Assembly: GCF_009914755.1 (NCBI RefSeq)
Contig: NC_060940.1
DNA length: 64,000 nt
Origin: the human T2T-CHM13v2.0 reference genome, Homo sapiens
Direction: 5' to 3' (one strand)
Part shown: piece after piece, positions 1 to 13,409 of the stretch
How the letters are laid out: every line of letters begins with the position of its first letter
Position numbering within the stretch: the first letter of the stretch is position 1
The notes under the pieces: generated by a model
What the model saw: only the letters and a program-made list of their open reading frames with translations
Told to the model about the DNA's origin: nothing
Database searches by the model: none
Position numbers and translations under genes: made by a program

Positions 1-691
1 CCTGCTCCCCAGGGACTGTCTGTTTGATTCCAGTTGCCTGGGCAGCTTTACCTCGTGCATAATGATGTTCCATAGCCCATGTTTTATTTCTTGGGTTTTC
101 AATCCTTTCATAAAAAATGCATGCTGGATGAAAGGTTTTACATACCAAACAGGCCAGAGATTTAGGGCGGCTAGCTTAGTGATTCAAAATCGTTCCTTTT
201 CTTTTTTTTAATTTTTATTACAATTGCTCTGAAAGAAATCTCTATCGCTTGATATTAACAAATGTAGCCACCGAAGCAGATGCACATACCCACAAACACC
301 AGGAGAATTAATTACCTACAGTTAGATCCGTTTCATCCTTTTTTTCCCAAAGCAATGCTGCAAAGACAAGAGCTTTATTGCAGTCAGCCACTAGCCTCGA
401 GCCTTCTATTTCTGCACCCGAGCCCACCAGGCAATGGAGATGACAAGAAAACTTCATGGGGGAGACCCCTGGGTATACTCTTCTGGCTAGATATGTCCTG
501 GAGTGACAGTTATCTTCTAATTTAACTAAAATCTGAAATCTGAGAGGTGTAAATTCTAACAGTAAAACTAATAGCACCTCACATATAGGTAAAGCTCTTT
601 GCTTACAAAAGTGCTCACACATCTGTTAGCTCCAATGGCTTCTGCAAGGGAGGGAATAAGGCATCTGAAATTGCTGCCATACCTTGGTTGC

Positions 692-940
692 AATAATATT
701 AGCTATCATTTTGTGCACTTCTTATGTGCTAAGCACTGTTTTTAACACCATACATACATTAACTCATTTAATGCTCATAACATCCCAATGGTCTCGTTAT
801 CTTTACATTAAAGAAGAAGAGACTGAAGAATAGAGAGACAAAATAGCTTGCCCAAGGAAACCAATCTAGTAAGCAGTGGAGCAGGGATTTGAACTCAGGA
901 GGTCTAAATTCAGAGCCCATGGTCTTAGGCACTATACTGT
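692..940 (-). mobile_element. MIR SINE, near full length
   Basis: Matches the reverse complement of the MIR consensus (aactcatttaatgctcataac, cttgcccaagg, gggatttgaactcagg). Confidence 0.8.
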
Positions 941-1070
941 TTTGGAAAACTCTGGATTTGGAGTTAAGATGTTCAAATTCTAGCCAAAATTATTTCATTA
1001 ATAAAATAAGTTTCTTAGTCTGGGCAAAATTTGTCTGATTTTCTTAAACATAGCATCCTCCTTTTCTTAT

Positions 1071-1519
1071 TGTAATAGACTGTTAAATGAATCTATAGCT
1101 TTGTTCACACCTCCTTGCATCCGTGCCCCTGGGTTGGCCCCTCCCACCTTGGCACTGAGCTTGGTCATGTGACTTGTTTTGGCCAGTAGGACAATAACAA
1201 AGGTGATTCTGTCATAAACTTAAAAACACTTGTGCAATGAGAATTGTCCTCTCATGCTGCTCTTGGGAACCCTGTGACCATGATGTGAATGGCTCTAGAT
1301 GAGCTAAGAGCCACTACACAATAAGACACACATAGTAATCACCCCAGCTCAGGTAGAAACAACCTCCAGAGATGTGAATCAGATCATGCTAGTTCATTCA
1401 GTCCTAGTAGAGCCACCAGTCTTTCAAGATCAGAAGAACCCTTAAGACAACCCACAAAATAGTAACACAAAATAAATGTTTGTTATTTAAAGTCACTAAG
1501 TTTTGGGGTGGTTTTTTAT
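1071..1519 (+). mobile_element. MaLR LTR, MLT1G/H-like
   Basis: ggtcatgtgacttgttttggcca core and 3' end aaagtcactaagttttggggtggttt. Confidence 0.7.
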
Positions 1520-2400
1520 GGATGGATGGATGAATGGATGTGTCAATGGATGTGTGGGTGGATGAATGTGTGGGTGGATGAATGATGGATGGATGTGTAG
1601 GTGAATGGGCGGGTGAATAATTCAATGGATGGATGGATATGTGGATAGCTGTGTGAGTTGATATGTGGGTAGATGGATAGATATGTGGGTGGGTGGATGG
1701 ATATGTGGGTGGATGGATGGATGTATGTGTGTGTGGGGTGGATGGATAAATGGATGGATGGATGGATGGATGAATGTATGAGTAGATGGATGGATAGATG
1801 GATGGATGTGTGGGTGGGTATGTGGAGGAGAGTGGATGGATGGTTGGATGAATGAAAGAATGTGTTGGGGGGATGAATGAATGGATGGATAGATGGATGG
1901 ATGAATGTGTGGATGGATATGTGGAGGTGAGTGCATAGGTGAATGAATGTGTCCGTAGATGGACAGATATATGGATGTGTAAGTGGAAGGATAGATAGAT
2001 GTGTAAGAGGGAGTGAATGGATGATGGATGGATGAAAGTGTGAAGGGAGTGGCTGGATGATGAATGTGTGGGTAGATGGATGGATGGATGAATGGATGGG
2101 TGTGTGGGTGAGTGGGTAGGTGGATGAATGAATGATGGGCAGATGGATGGATGTGTGTATGGATGGCTGAGTGGAAGGATGGATGGATGGATGGATGGAT
2201 GGGTAGGAGGACAGAATTGATCATGGATGGACGGATGTGTAGGAGGACAGAATGGATCATGGATCGATGGATGTGGTGGGAAGTGGATGAATGGATGGGT
2301 TGCTAGATATGTGGGTGGATGGATGGATGGATTGATGGATGTGTGGGTGGATAGGTGGCTGGTTGGCTGGAAGTGTACATGGGTGGATGGATACATGGAT
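1518..2400 (+). repeat. Degenerate (GGAT)n/(TGGA)n simple repeat, ~880 bp
   Basis: Directly visible; explains the His/Pro/Ser-rich and Trp/Met/Asp-rich ORFs here. Confidence 0.95.
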
Positions 2401-2494
2401 AACTTGATCAATTAACCTATCAATTGGTCAACCAATCACTTAAATAAATATAGAGAAAAGATGGAAGAGAATAAAGCTCAGGCAAAGTAACCAA

Positions 2495-2690
2495 CGCTAA
2501 GGCTATTGCAGTAGATGTAGTGGTGAGAATCAGATATTAGAGATATTGAGAGGTATTTACAACTGCACTTAGTAGCCAGTTGAATATGGAGGAACAGAGA
2601 ATCAAAGAAATGACTCCTAAGTTTCTGGCTTAGGTGATGGGGGTTGGTGGAGTCATTAACTAAAAAAGGAAACTAGAATAAGGAGAATGT
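2495..2690 (-). mobile_element. L2 fragment
   Basis: ggctattgcagtag...atgactcctaagtttctggctt resembles antisense L2. Confidence 0.55.
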
Positions 2691-3429
2691 TTTCTTGTAG
2701 CCCCCCATCCACAGTCACATAGATTGCCATCTTAAACATAGTGCCATGACTTGTACCTGGAATTTTCAGGGGTCCTCCCTATTGTGATCCCTCTAGGATT
2801 CTCCTTAACATCCAGCACAGCACTAGGAGTCGAGGGAGTTCTAGAGAATTCTTGCTGAACAATACCTCAAGAGTACGTCTTCATGACCAAAATGTCACAA
2901 CAGGGACATAGAACACTCTTGGCTGAGTCAGGACAGAATCCTGTCCACAGGCACCCCAAGGCAGCAATGACCAACACATGTCCTGCCCAGCTATGACCAG
3001 GGACAAACAGCCCAGATTTTTTCTTAACAATCCAGTGCCCACTGTGAACAAAGAGATGCCAAGGCCATGAGCATCAATCTTATGTAAGGCAACCCCTTTA
3101 GAGAGATGCACTGCAGTTCAGTGGTCCAGAGAGAGAGAAAAATGCATATACCACTGTGAAAATGCTTCCAATAGCTCTTCATAATATTTTTAAAAATTAA
3201 GATAAAAATAACTTTTCATAAAGTTAAATTTATTAAAAATGTAAAGGAATGACCTTTATTCTGAGATTATGCCTTTCCTCCTTTTTTATGTGAGGATGTC
3301 TCTCCTGTATGAACTGATGATAATAAATGGTAGTTCTTGTATCTTTCTAATGACCTATTCAACAATATCAGAAATCAGTAACTTTATGTGAATTCTGGTT
3401 TTGTGTTTAATTTTAATGACAGTGGTACA

Positions 3430-3800
3430 GTAATAGTCAATAGATGCTGGTCATTAACCAGACACTGTCCCAAATGCTTAATGTGTAATAACAAATTTGA
3501 TGTTCAGAACCACCCTATGAAGTGGGTGCTTTTATTATTTCTACTTTCACATGAGCAAAATGAGACCAGAGATGTTTAATGAGTTGCCTGAGGTCATATA
3601 AATGTAGGTTTCAGACTCTGTATTACTTGTGCAACTTGGCGAGGCTGTTCCAGTTAGTCCACTCATTCCCTCACATATTCATTCAACTAGTACTTACTGA
3701 ACACCACCCATGTGCCTGGTGCTGTGCCAGGCATTGGAGATGGCACAGCAAACAAGACAGACAGGGTGTCTGCCTTCCTGTACTTACAGTATACCAGGAA
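3430..3800 (-). mobile_element. MIR fragment followed by L2 3' end
   Basis: MIR core (aaccaccctatga...gcctgaggtcata), then cattcaactagtacttactga...tgtgccaggcattggaga. Confidence 0.55.
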
Positions 3801-3990
3801 AGACACAAAGCAATCACTTTGGCTCACAGCTCCAATAGGGACCAAAGATGCTACTGGGACATGGTCATATGAGGTGGACCTTCTATTGGGAGGATCAAAT
3901 AAGTTAAAGGTTTTTCCTTTCAAAGGCTCACTTGAAAAATACCTCTTTTTTTCCTCTAGAGGATCTCCTTTTTTTTTCTCCTTATTGAAA

Positions 3991-4339
3991 CTCACATTGC
4001 TAATAAAGACATATCCAAGACTGGGTAATTCATAAAGAAAAAGAGGTTTAATAGACTCACAATTCCACGTGGTTGGGTCGGCCTCACAGTCATGGCAGAA
4101 GGCAAGGGAGGAGCAAAGGCACATCTTCCATGGCAGCACGCAAGTGTATGTGCAGGAGAGCTCCCCTTTATAAAACCATCAGATCTCCTGAGACTTATTC
4201 ACCACCACGAGAACAGGATGGGAAACACCTGCCCCCATGATTCAATTACCTCCCACTGAGTCCCTCCCATGACATGTGGGAATTATAGGAGCTACAATTC
4301 AAGGTGAGATTTGGGTGGGGACACGGCCAAACCATAACA
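3991..4339 (-). mobile_element. THE1 (MaLR) solo LTR
   Basis: gctaataaagacat...aaaaccatcagatctc...gagatttgggtggggacacggccaaaccataaca. Confidence 0.9.
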
Positions 4340-4406
4340 CCATAAATTTAGGATTTGTGCAAGAACAGCCTTCACTAACTCAAATAAAAAAAAAAAAAAC
4401 AAGTCA

Positions 4407-4688
4407 GGCTGGGCTCGGTGGCTCACGCCTGTAATCCCAGCACTTTGGGAGGCCAAGACAGGCAGATCATGAGGTCAGGAGATCAAGGCCATCCTGGCTA
4501 ACACGGTGAAACCCCGTCTCTACTAAAAAAATACAAAAAAAAATTAGCCGGGCGTGGTGTCGGGTGCTTGTAGTCCCAGCTACTCTGGAGGCTGAGGCAG
4601 GAGAATGGCATGAACCAAGATTGTGCCACTGCACTCCAGCCTGGGAGACAGAGTGAGACTCCATAAAAAAAAAAAAAAGAAAAAGAAA
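4407..4688 (+). mobile_element. AluY-like with internal right-arm deletion
   Basis: ccatcctggctaacacggtgaaacccc and gagaatggcatgaacc diagnostics; A tail. Confidence 0.9.
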
Positions 4689-4790
4689 ATCACTTGAAGC
4701 CAGGAGGTGCGGGTTGCATGAGTTGAGATTGTGCCATCGCACTCCAGCCTGGGTGACAGGAGCGAAACTCAAAAAAATAAGAAGAATAAA
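4689..4790 (+). mobile_element. Alu right-arm 3' fragment
   Basis: cacttgaagccaggagg...ctccagcctgggtgaca plus second A-rich tail. Confidence 0.85.
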
Positions 4791-4994
4791 AAAATCAGAC
4801 CAAAAAATAGAAAGAGGCCAGGGAAGACTGTTCAGTCTCCCTCTAACCTAGGATGAAGGAGTCCTGACAGCTTATACCTGAAGAAGGAGAACACAATTTC
4901 TCCGCACCTTCCACCTCATGCCAATGAGATCAAATCCAATTCAGGGACTGTGCAAAAGGGAGCAAAAATCACAAACAGACTTGTCAAACATGAA

Positions 4995-5150
4995 CTGCTC
5001 TCAAAACCCACTATGTATCAGAATCTCCTGATGGAGGTGGATTTAAAAACACGGATTATAACTCAATAATTCTAAACTGTCTCTCTGACATCTGCATTTT
5101 TAACATTCTCCCAAGGTAGTTCTTATGCACTCCAAAGTTTGAGAACTAGT
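4995..5150. mobile_element. MER5-like hAT MITE
   Basis: tcagaatctcctg...atctgcatttttaaca...aaagtttgagaac. Confidence 0.55.
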
Positions 5151-6335
5151 AGTGTCTGTCTCTGTTCTTTCCTGCTTCATGCCTCCATGCCAAGGTCTCT
5201 CTCACTTCACCTTCCCCTGTGCACATGTAATGGTGCCCTCATTTCAAGCATGGGGGCCAGCTGGTGACTGCATTGGGATTTGGGTTTAGGAGGAAGTAGA
5301 AACTCTCACAGTTCTTTAGAAGGTGCTATTTTCTCTATTATCCCAGCTATTCCTGAGACCCTCCCATCAGGTGTGGTCCATTGGGCCCTCTAATAGCAAG
5401 GTGATGCCTTGTTTGCTGTTGAGATCACTCAATTGCCTCTCAGCATTCCATGTATAATAACCTCTCAGCATTCCATGTAAGGAAGCAATGTGATTGTGAG
5501 TGCAAGAGCGAGACAGCCCTGGACTCTAGCTGAATTCTATCACAGCTCCTATTACTTCCGATAGCACTATCTGGCCCAGGTCACCAGGTAACCAGCACAT
5601 GGGCTCTGTGAAATACAGATCATGCCCCTCCCGGAATTAGCAAGGGTGTCATTTGCAGGGAACAGCAGATTAGAAGTGGTAATTCTAAACCTGTGCCAAG
5701 ATCTTTCTCCATCTCTAGTGTGCTAACATTTGGTGTAGTTCAGCAGATGGGAGGGCTAGATTTGGGCACACATCTGTGTCCTAGACAAAGCTGCTTGGAA
5801 AGAGAGCCTAGATCCAGATTGAGAGATCTCATTCACTGAATGTGGTATGATAATCTGTATTCCTTTCTAAGGCCGGCTGAGGTTCACTTCAATCTGGCCA
5901 GGACTGCTTGGCTGATGGGTTGGAGGCAGAAGTTTGGGGTACGACATGGAATTTCCGGACTCTGGTTCTCCTCTTCCTTATCCTTTTTCTTGCTTTATTC
6001 ACACCTTAGAAGTCAACATACTAATAAACCCTATTCAGGATGGTGGAGTTGGGTGACCCTACTACCAGAGGGTACATTCAAGGACATAGGGTGGAATACT
6101 TTATAAATCAGCTAATAAATAGAAATAAGAGGGTATTATTGTAGAGAGAATATCTTGGTCTACTGGATTGAACCTCAGTGTCCACATCTGTAAAGTAGAA
6201 CCAATACGACCTAGTACAAAGTGCTTCGGACAAGCCACAGGTGGCACCTTGATATTGTGTGTCTGGTTGTTGTTAAAATTGCAGCAGAGTTCTCTCAAGC
6301 CCAAGGACTGAAAACAAATTAAAAGGCAAGTTCTT

Positions 6336-6675
<340 letters not shown>

Positions 6676-7003
6676 TTAACAGGAAGGAAGGCTTCAGGGT
6701 TAGTAGGAAAATAGAAAACTATGTTTTGGGCTTTGAAATGAGAACCTCTAATGAATGAGATAGACTTCTAAAAAAAAGGACTTTAACTTGTAGTTAGGGC
6801 AGAAACAGTAGGAAAGAAATATAAAAGGAAAAGTAGATGAGGCAGAACCTCATAGGCTCCTGTAAACAGCCTTAGCCCTGCATGGGGGAGAGAAAGTCTG
6901 AAGCTGATGTGAGAGGCATCTTTTCATTTTGAAATCCTGACGGGGTCCACATGAAAGAAGTAGGTGAATGCCAGAGGGATATGGAAATGGAAGGTTAGAA
7001 TAA

Positions 7004-7409
7004 TGTGCTAGTCCATTTTGCATTGATAGAAATACCTGAGAGTGGATAATTTTTAAAGAGCTATATTTGGCTCATGGTTCTGTAGGCTGTACAAGAAGCA
7101 AGGTGCCAGCATTGGCTTCTGGTGAGGCCTCAGGAAGCTTCCACTCATGGTGAAAGGGAAGAGGAGCCGGCATGTCACATGGCTAGACAGGGAGCAAGAG
7201 AGAGAGGAAGAGGTGCCAGGATCTTTAACAACCAGCTCTCCTGTGAACTTATAGAGTGAGAACCCGCTGTTTACCACAGGGAGGGCACCAAGGAGTTCAG
7301 GAGGGATCCACCCCCATGACCAAAACACCTCCCTCTAAGCCCCACCTCCCGCATTGGGGATCACATTTCAACATGGGATTTGGAAGGGACAAATAGCCAA
7401 ACCATATCA
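7004..7409 (-). mobile_element. MSTB-like MaLR solo LTR
   Basis: ggctcatggttctgtaggctgtacaagaagca...ccaaaccatatca. Confidence 0.85.
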
Positions 7410-7719
7410 AAGAAGTTGAGAAAGTCTTCAGTGCAATAGGAAAAGTGATGGCCGCAAAAGGAGTTTATGCTCACACCTAAGTAAGAAGAGTTGCCAGAAG
7501 CCTGAGAAATTCAACAGCGAAGAGACACAATGTTTCAGGTAGAAGCATGTGACACAGAAAATTGGCTTTCCTGACATCGAAGGAGGTACACATGTGGGAA
7601 GTATCACCCAACAGGAGCCCCATTGCTGAAATCTGAGAAACTTGAGACCAGGACCTTGGACAGAGCTCACATGAGCCCAGAGGACAGAGGGAAATAAAGG
7701 CATCTTAAATATGAAAAAG

Positions 7720-7999
7720 GGCCCGGCAAGGTGGCTCAAGCCTATAATCCCAGCACTTTGGGAGGCCGAGGTGGGTGTATCACGAGGTCAGGAGTTCGAA
7801 GCCAGCCTGGCCAACATAGAGACATCCCGTCTCTATTAAAAATACAAAAAATTAGCTGGGCGTGGGGTCGGGGGCCTGTAATCCCAGCTACTGGGAGGCT
7901 GAGGAGAGTCACTTGAACCTGGGAGGCAGAGGTTGCAGTGAGCCGAGACCACACCAGTGCACTCCAGCCCGGGCGACAGTGCAAGACTCCAAAAAAAAA
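7720..7999 (+). mobile_element. AluS
   Basis: Full dimeric Alu with A tail. Confidence 0.93.
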
Positions 8000-9092
8000 G
8001 TACGATATGTGAAATAGAGGCCAACAGAAAGACGCAAAATTGGAGGCATCCCCACTGCACAGTTTCAAACTCGGCTAGAAAAATAACTACCTAAAGCTAA
8101 TATTTACTGAGCACTTACTGAGTAGTAGGCACTCCTGTAAACTCTTACATGGTTCATCTCATTTCATCTCTAAGAGTATACAAATTACACATTTCAATAG
8201 AAAAGGCAATGGGGTGGTGAAAATTCTCTCTGAGATTTGACAAGTATGATGTCACAACCAACTTTTGGGTTGGAGCTGTTTAATTGGGCTTTAGGATTAC
8301 AAGACTGCAGATGACGCTGGACAATTGACCTGAATGTACTAAAACTGAAATGTCATTCCCTTTTTATTTACTCTGATTTCCATCTATGCTTGCTGCTCTC
8401 AAATAAAAATGAGACTTTTTTATAGTCTAAGGCTGGTTGCAGCAACCAGATGGAGATTGTAAGAACCATTTGGACTCTGCCTGAAAATATCTCCCCTTTT
8501 TTTGAGATGAATACTATTTTACAAAAAGAAAAAAAAACTTGTGTTCACCCTATGGTTCTGATAGCTCCAAATATTTGGAAAGATGGGATACATGAGAGAC
8601 ATTTGTTTTGAAGTGTCTGACTTCGAGAGACTAAAGGAACAATAGCAGCTCAAAGGGAGACAGTATAGATTCCAGCTGCATAATAAGGCAATCAGAATAT
8701 TATGAGATACCAGAGTGAGGCATCTTTGACTGTAACAAAGCAAAATAAGAAGGTTATGGAGTAAGAGAAAATAATTTTGTATTTTTTATCTCTTATGCTT
8801 CTCTGGAAACATAAGACTGACTTGGAAAAGGAAGAAATGGATCGTGTCAGCTTTAATAAAATAAAATTTTGAAAGCATTTTATATTGCCAATATCCAGTT
8901 ATAATTGGACAATTTTATTATTTCAAGAACACTATGTAATCCTCTCTGGAGAACTTGTGTAAATATATAACTAAGCATAATTTTTACAAACAAAGTGGAC
9001 CATTAGTTTTACCTTGAGATGCAGGGTAGAATCCCCTGGAAATTTTTCCCAAAATTAAAAAGAAGTTAAAATCCAAATACGTTTTAGGGCTC

Positions 9093-9692
9093 TGTATTAG
9101 TCAGAGTTCTCTAGAGGGCCAGGACTGATGGGATAGATGCATATATGAAGAGGAGTTTATTAAGGAATATTTACTCACACGATCACAAGGTGAAGTCCCA
9201 CAATAGAACATCTGCAAGCTGAGGGGTAAGGAAGCCAGTCCAAGTCCCCAAACCTGAAAAGTAGGGAAGCTGATAGTGCAGCCTTCAGTCTGTGGCTGAT
9301 AGCCTGATAGCCCAGAGCCCCTGACAAACCACTGGTGTAGGCCCAAGAGTCCAAAAGCTGAAGATCTTGGAGTCTGATGATGTTCAAGGGCAGGAAGCAT
9401 CCAGCACAGGAGAAAGAGGGAGGCCAGAAGACTCATCCAGTGTAGTCCTTCCACGTTCCTCTGCCTGCTTTTATCCTAGCCACGCTGGCAGCTGATTTTT
9501 GGAAGGATTAAATAAGATGATGTATGAATGGATGTAGAAAGCTGCCTCACATTCTATGCAGGCTGGGTCTATGTCTCCCATTCCACTGTCTCAAATGTTA
9601 ATCTCCTTTGGGGACACCCTCTCAAACACACCCAGGAACATTATTGACATCTTTCAATCTAATCAAGTTTACACTCAATATTCACTATCACA
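9093..9692 (-). mobile_element. MLT2A (ERVL) solo LTR
   Basis: TG...CA termini, 5-bp TSD GGCTC (9088-9092 and 9693-9697), MLT2A motifs such as ctcacacgatcacaaggtgaagtcccacaatag. Confidence 0.9.
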
Positions 9693-9734
9693 GGCTCTAT
9701 ATGGCCCAGTCTTGACATGAGATCGCATTTAGAG

Positions 9735-9870
9735 AATAATAGTTGCCATTTGTTGCATGCTTACATTATGCAAGACAGCATTCTATGTTCATTCATCCAT
9801 CATCTCATTTAATCTTTACAAAAGCTCTTGTGAGACGGGCCCTGTTATTAGACCTTGTCCAAGTCACCTG
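9735..9870 (-). mobile_element. MIR fragment
   Basis: aataatagttgccattt...tctcatttaatct...tccaagtcac. Confidence 0.6.
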
Positions 9871-9879
9871 CTACCCCTT

Positions 9880-10555
9880 GGCTGAGTTACTATAATGATC
9901 TCCTAACTGGTCTCCTTCATTTTACTCATGAATTCCTGCAATTGTTTCTGACATGCCACATTGAGAGGGATCCATTTAAAACACAAATTATATAAAGTTT
10001 CTCCTCGGCTTAAAACCCTCCCATGGCTCCCAATTGCACTCAGCATAAAAGCCAAATTTCTTATTTTGGCGTACAAATTCCTGTCTGACCTAATACTCTG
10101 TTAACCGTCTGACCTCACCACTGCACGAAAGGGCTGGGTGTGGTGGTTCATGGTACTGCAGGCTGTACAAACCTGCTGGCTGTCCTCCTTGCTCACTTCC
10201 TCCCAGCCATGCTGGCATCATTGTTCCTTGGATATGCACTCTCCTGAAGCCAATTTGGCTTTCATTTGCTCAAATGTCACATTCTTAATGAAGCCTACTC
10301 TAATTACTCTATTTCAAATTGCATTCCACCCACCAGGTTTCCCCATCTCCTCTCCCCTGTTCCATTTCGACACAACACTTTTAATTTATTTATTTATTTT
10401 TTGTATTTGTTTCTCATTGTCTGTCTCCTCATATAAAAATGCAATTCCCCAGAGAAAATAGATTTGAGTTTGCTTTATTCACTGGTGTTGACCAAGTGCC
10501 TAAAAAACAGTGCCTGGCACATATGGACACCGATAATCATTTGTAGAAAAAAATG
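9880..10555 (+). mobile_element. L2 3' region
   Basis: ctcctaactggtctcc...aaaaccctcccatggctccc...cagtgcctggcacata. Confidence 0.75.
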
Positions 10556-10813
10556 TAATAATTCCAGTTTTAAAATGAGGAAACTGTGAAACTGTGGCAT
10601 GGAAAAATTAAAGAACTCACCCAAGGTCAAAGCCCAGGTAGCTTGGCCAATAGAGCCAATGCACTTATGTCCTCCAAAAAATGCAATTCATTAGCCAAAA
10701 TGTGAGTTAAAGGTGACTTCTGTCAGAAATTCCCTTCACTCCATAACCTTTTCACCATAGATTCCTGTCTTTTCTCTCTCTCACATAGATGGAGATCAAT
10801 GTCTTACAGAAAT

Positions 10814-10891
10814 AGAGAGAGAGAGAGAGGGAGAGAGGTATGATAGACAGATAGATAGATAGATAGATAGATGATAGATAGATAGATAGAT

Positions 10892-10922
<31 letters not shown>

Positions 10923-10940
10923 GATAGATAGATAGATAAA

Positions 10941-10972
<32 letters not shown>

Positions 10973-10978
10973 TAGATG
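10814..10978 (+). repeat. (GA)n + (GATA)n/(GACA)n compound microsatellite
   Basis: Directly visible. Confidence 0.97.
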
Positions 10979-11039
10979 ACATTGATAGGGATAAACCCAC
11001 AAGAGAAATTCTTGGCTCCTTTATAATTACTCTCATTTA

Positions 11040-11453
<414 letters not shown>

Positions 11454-12304
11454 GTGTGTTCTTTTGCAGGTATACCCTATTCCAGTTCTGATTTAGTAGA
11501 TCTGATTTAGTAGACGAGGTCCACCAGTTTTTTGTTTTTTTTTTTCAAACTTCACAGGTGAGTCTTAAGTGCACCTCTTGTTAGGAAGCCCTGGAGAGGG
11601 TGTGTCCTCTTATTCTACTCTATAGTAACGGTGGAGTGGACTTGGTTGAAACAATGGACTGGTGCCTTTTTAAAGACTTCTTCAGACAAAGTCACAAAAG
11701 TAACTGAACACTCATCTGATTGCCATGTTTTTAGAATCAGTTGTAAAGATTGGAGAAGAACCCTACAAAAAGGCATGGCTTTTCTAGGACTCCATCACCC
11801 TCCTCCTTTGAGGAAGCAGCAACACACCTGACTCTTCACAGCCCTGGATGATAAGAACATACTGTTCATAGAAGCAGATTTGCAGCCCTCTCCTCCTCTC
11901 AAGCCCACACCAAGAAGAATGGAGGCTCTTTTGTGGATTAAAGATCCAACTGGATCATGGCCCGAGAATGTAAAGTCTTCAATTAAACACTTTGTGTCCT
12001 GTGCAGAATGCAATTCCCCAGAGAAAATAGATTTGAGTTTGAGTCTGACTTTCCCCCTGCAGTTTGCTTCTCTGTCATGCCAACATGTCCATCAGCTGCT
12101 GCTTCTAGGAGAAAAAAGCTCACCTTCCTCCTCCACTTTAAAATGCCAACAACAAGTAGATAAGCTTCAGAGTAATGGAAATCTGGGACCAGCCACCTAG
12201 ATTCTCAAGACATTTTTCTGCCCCCACAACTTGAGATTTCATTCCTGTGCTGTGCTCTCACAGTTCTATGCAGACCAGAATAATTAGGTGTTAACCATGT
12301 AGCG

Positions 12305-12660
12305 CGTATTAGTCCATTCTCACACTGCTAATAAAGACATACCTGAGACTGGGTCATTTATAAAGGAAAGAGGTTTAATGGACTCACAGTTCCACCTGGC
12401 TGGGGAGGCCTCACAATCATGGTGGAAGGTAAATGAGGAGCAAAGCCATGTCTTACATGGCAGCAGGCAAGAGAGCTTGTGCAGGGGAACTCTCCTTTAT
12501 AAAACCATCAGATAGTATGAGATTTATTCACTACCATCAGAACAGTATGGGGAAAACCACCCCCATGATTCAATTATCTCCACTTGGCTCCACCCTTGAC
12601 ATGTGGGGATTATTACAATTCAAGGTGAGATTTGGGTAGGGACACAGCAAAACCATATCA
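12305..12660 (-). mobile_element. THE1 (MaLR) solo LTR, complete
   Basis: gtattagtccattctcacactgctaataaagac...aaccatatca; imperfect 5-bp TSD tagcg/tagag. Confidence 0.92.
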
Positions 12661-13409
12661 TAGAGTCCCACTCATCCAAGTAACCTGCATGCTCCCCAGC
12701 CACCCTCAACAGCAGAACTTGGGTATCTACTCATGTAGGAGCTGTCCTGCCCTATTCTTGTGTCAACTATGACCAGAAAAGAGCCATGGAGACTCAGCCC
12801 AGCACTGACTAGAAGTGAGAACTAGACCAACTTTGTCAGAAGTCTGATATCTTTGTCCCTGGAGTAGGTCCTGAGCAAGTCATATCCTTTCTTAGCCACA
12901 CAAGTATACAAATCTGGAAATCCCAAACCCATATTGACTGGTTAGAGCCTTCACTAGCAGTCTCCTTCCTATGGGGGAACAGCACCCCCATGCACCTAGG
13001 CATCAGTGGAGGTCCTAATACAAATTGAACTGAAACTCCAGGACAGGATGATTTCACCCAGGCTGCCACTGGGTAGCTCACATTGTGGTCCTCACTACCA
13101 GGACCAAACACACTGAATAGCAATGCTTGCCCACTCAACCTCAGAATAGGAACACTTCATACATCCCCACTGCTGAGTTCCTCCACCTCTTCTGCAGCCT
13201 TGCAGTTACAGCTGAGACCACTCAGGCAAAGACACCCACTCCCCCCAGATGGAATAATTCCCCCAGACCCCTGGATCCCCTGCCTTTCCTTGCCCTCATC
13301 CCAGGAGCCAGAACCCTTGTGCCACCCAGATGGAAGCTTTCTCCCAGACGCGTCCTCCAGAGTGCAGCCACACACGGGGAAGCTGACACAATGTCTTCAA
13401 ACATTTTTA

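Noticed and set aside
1404-2411. 335-aa His/Pro/Ser-rich ORF and overlapping ORFs
   Set aside because: Translation of the (GGAT)n repeat, which is stop-poor on the minus strand
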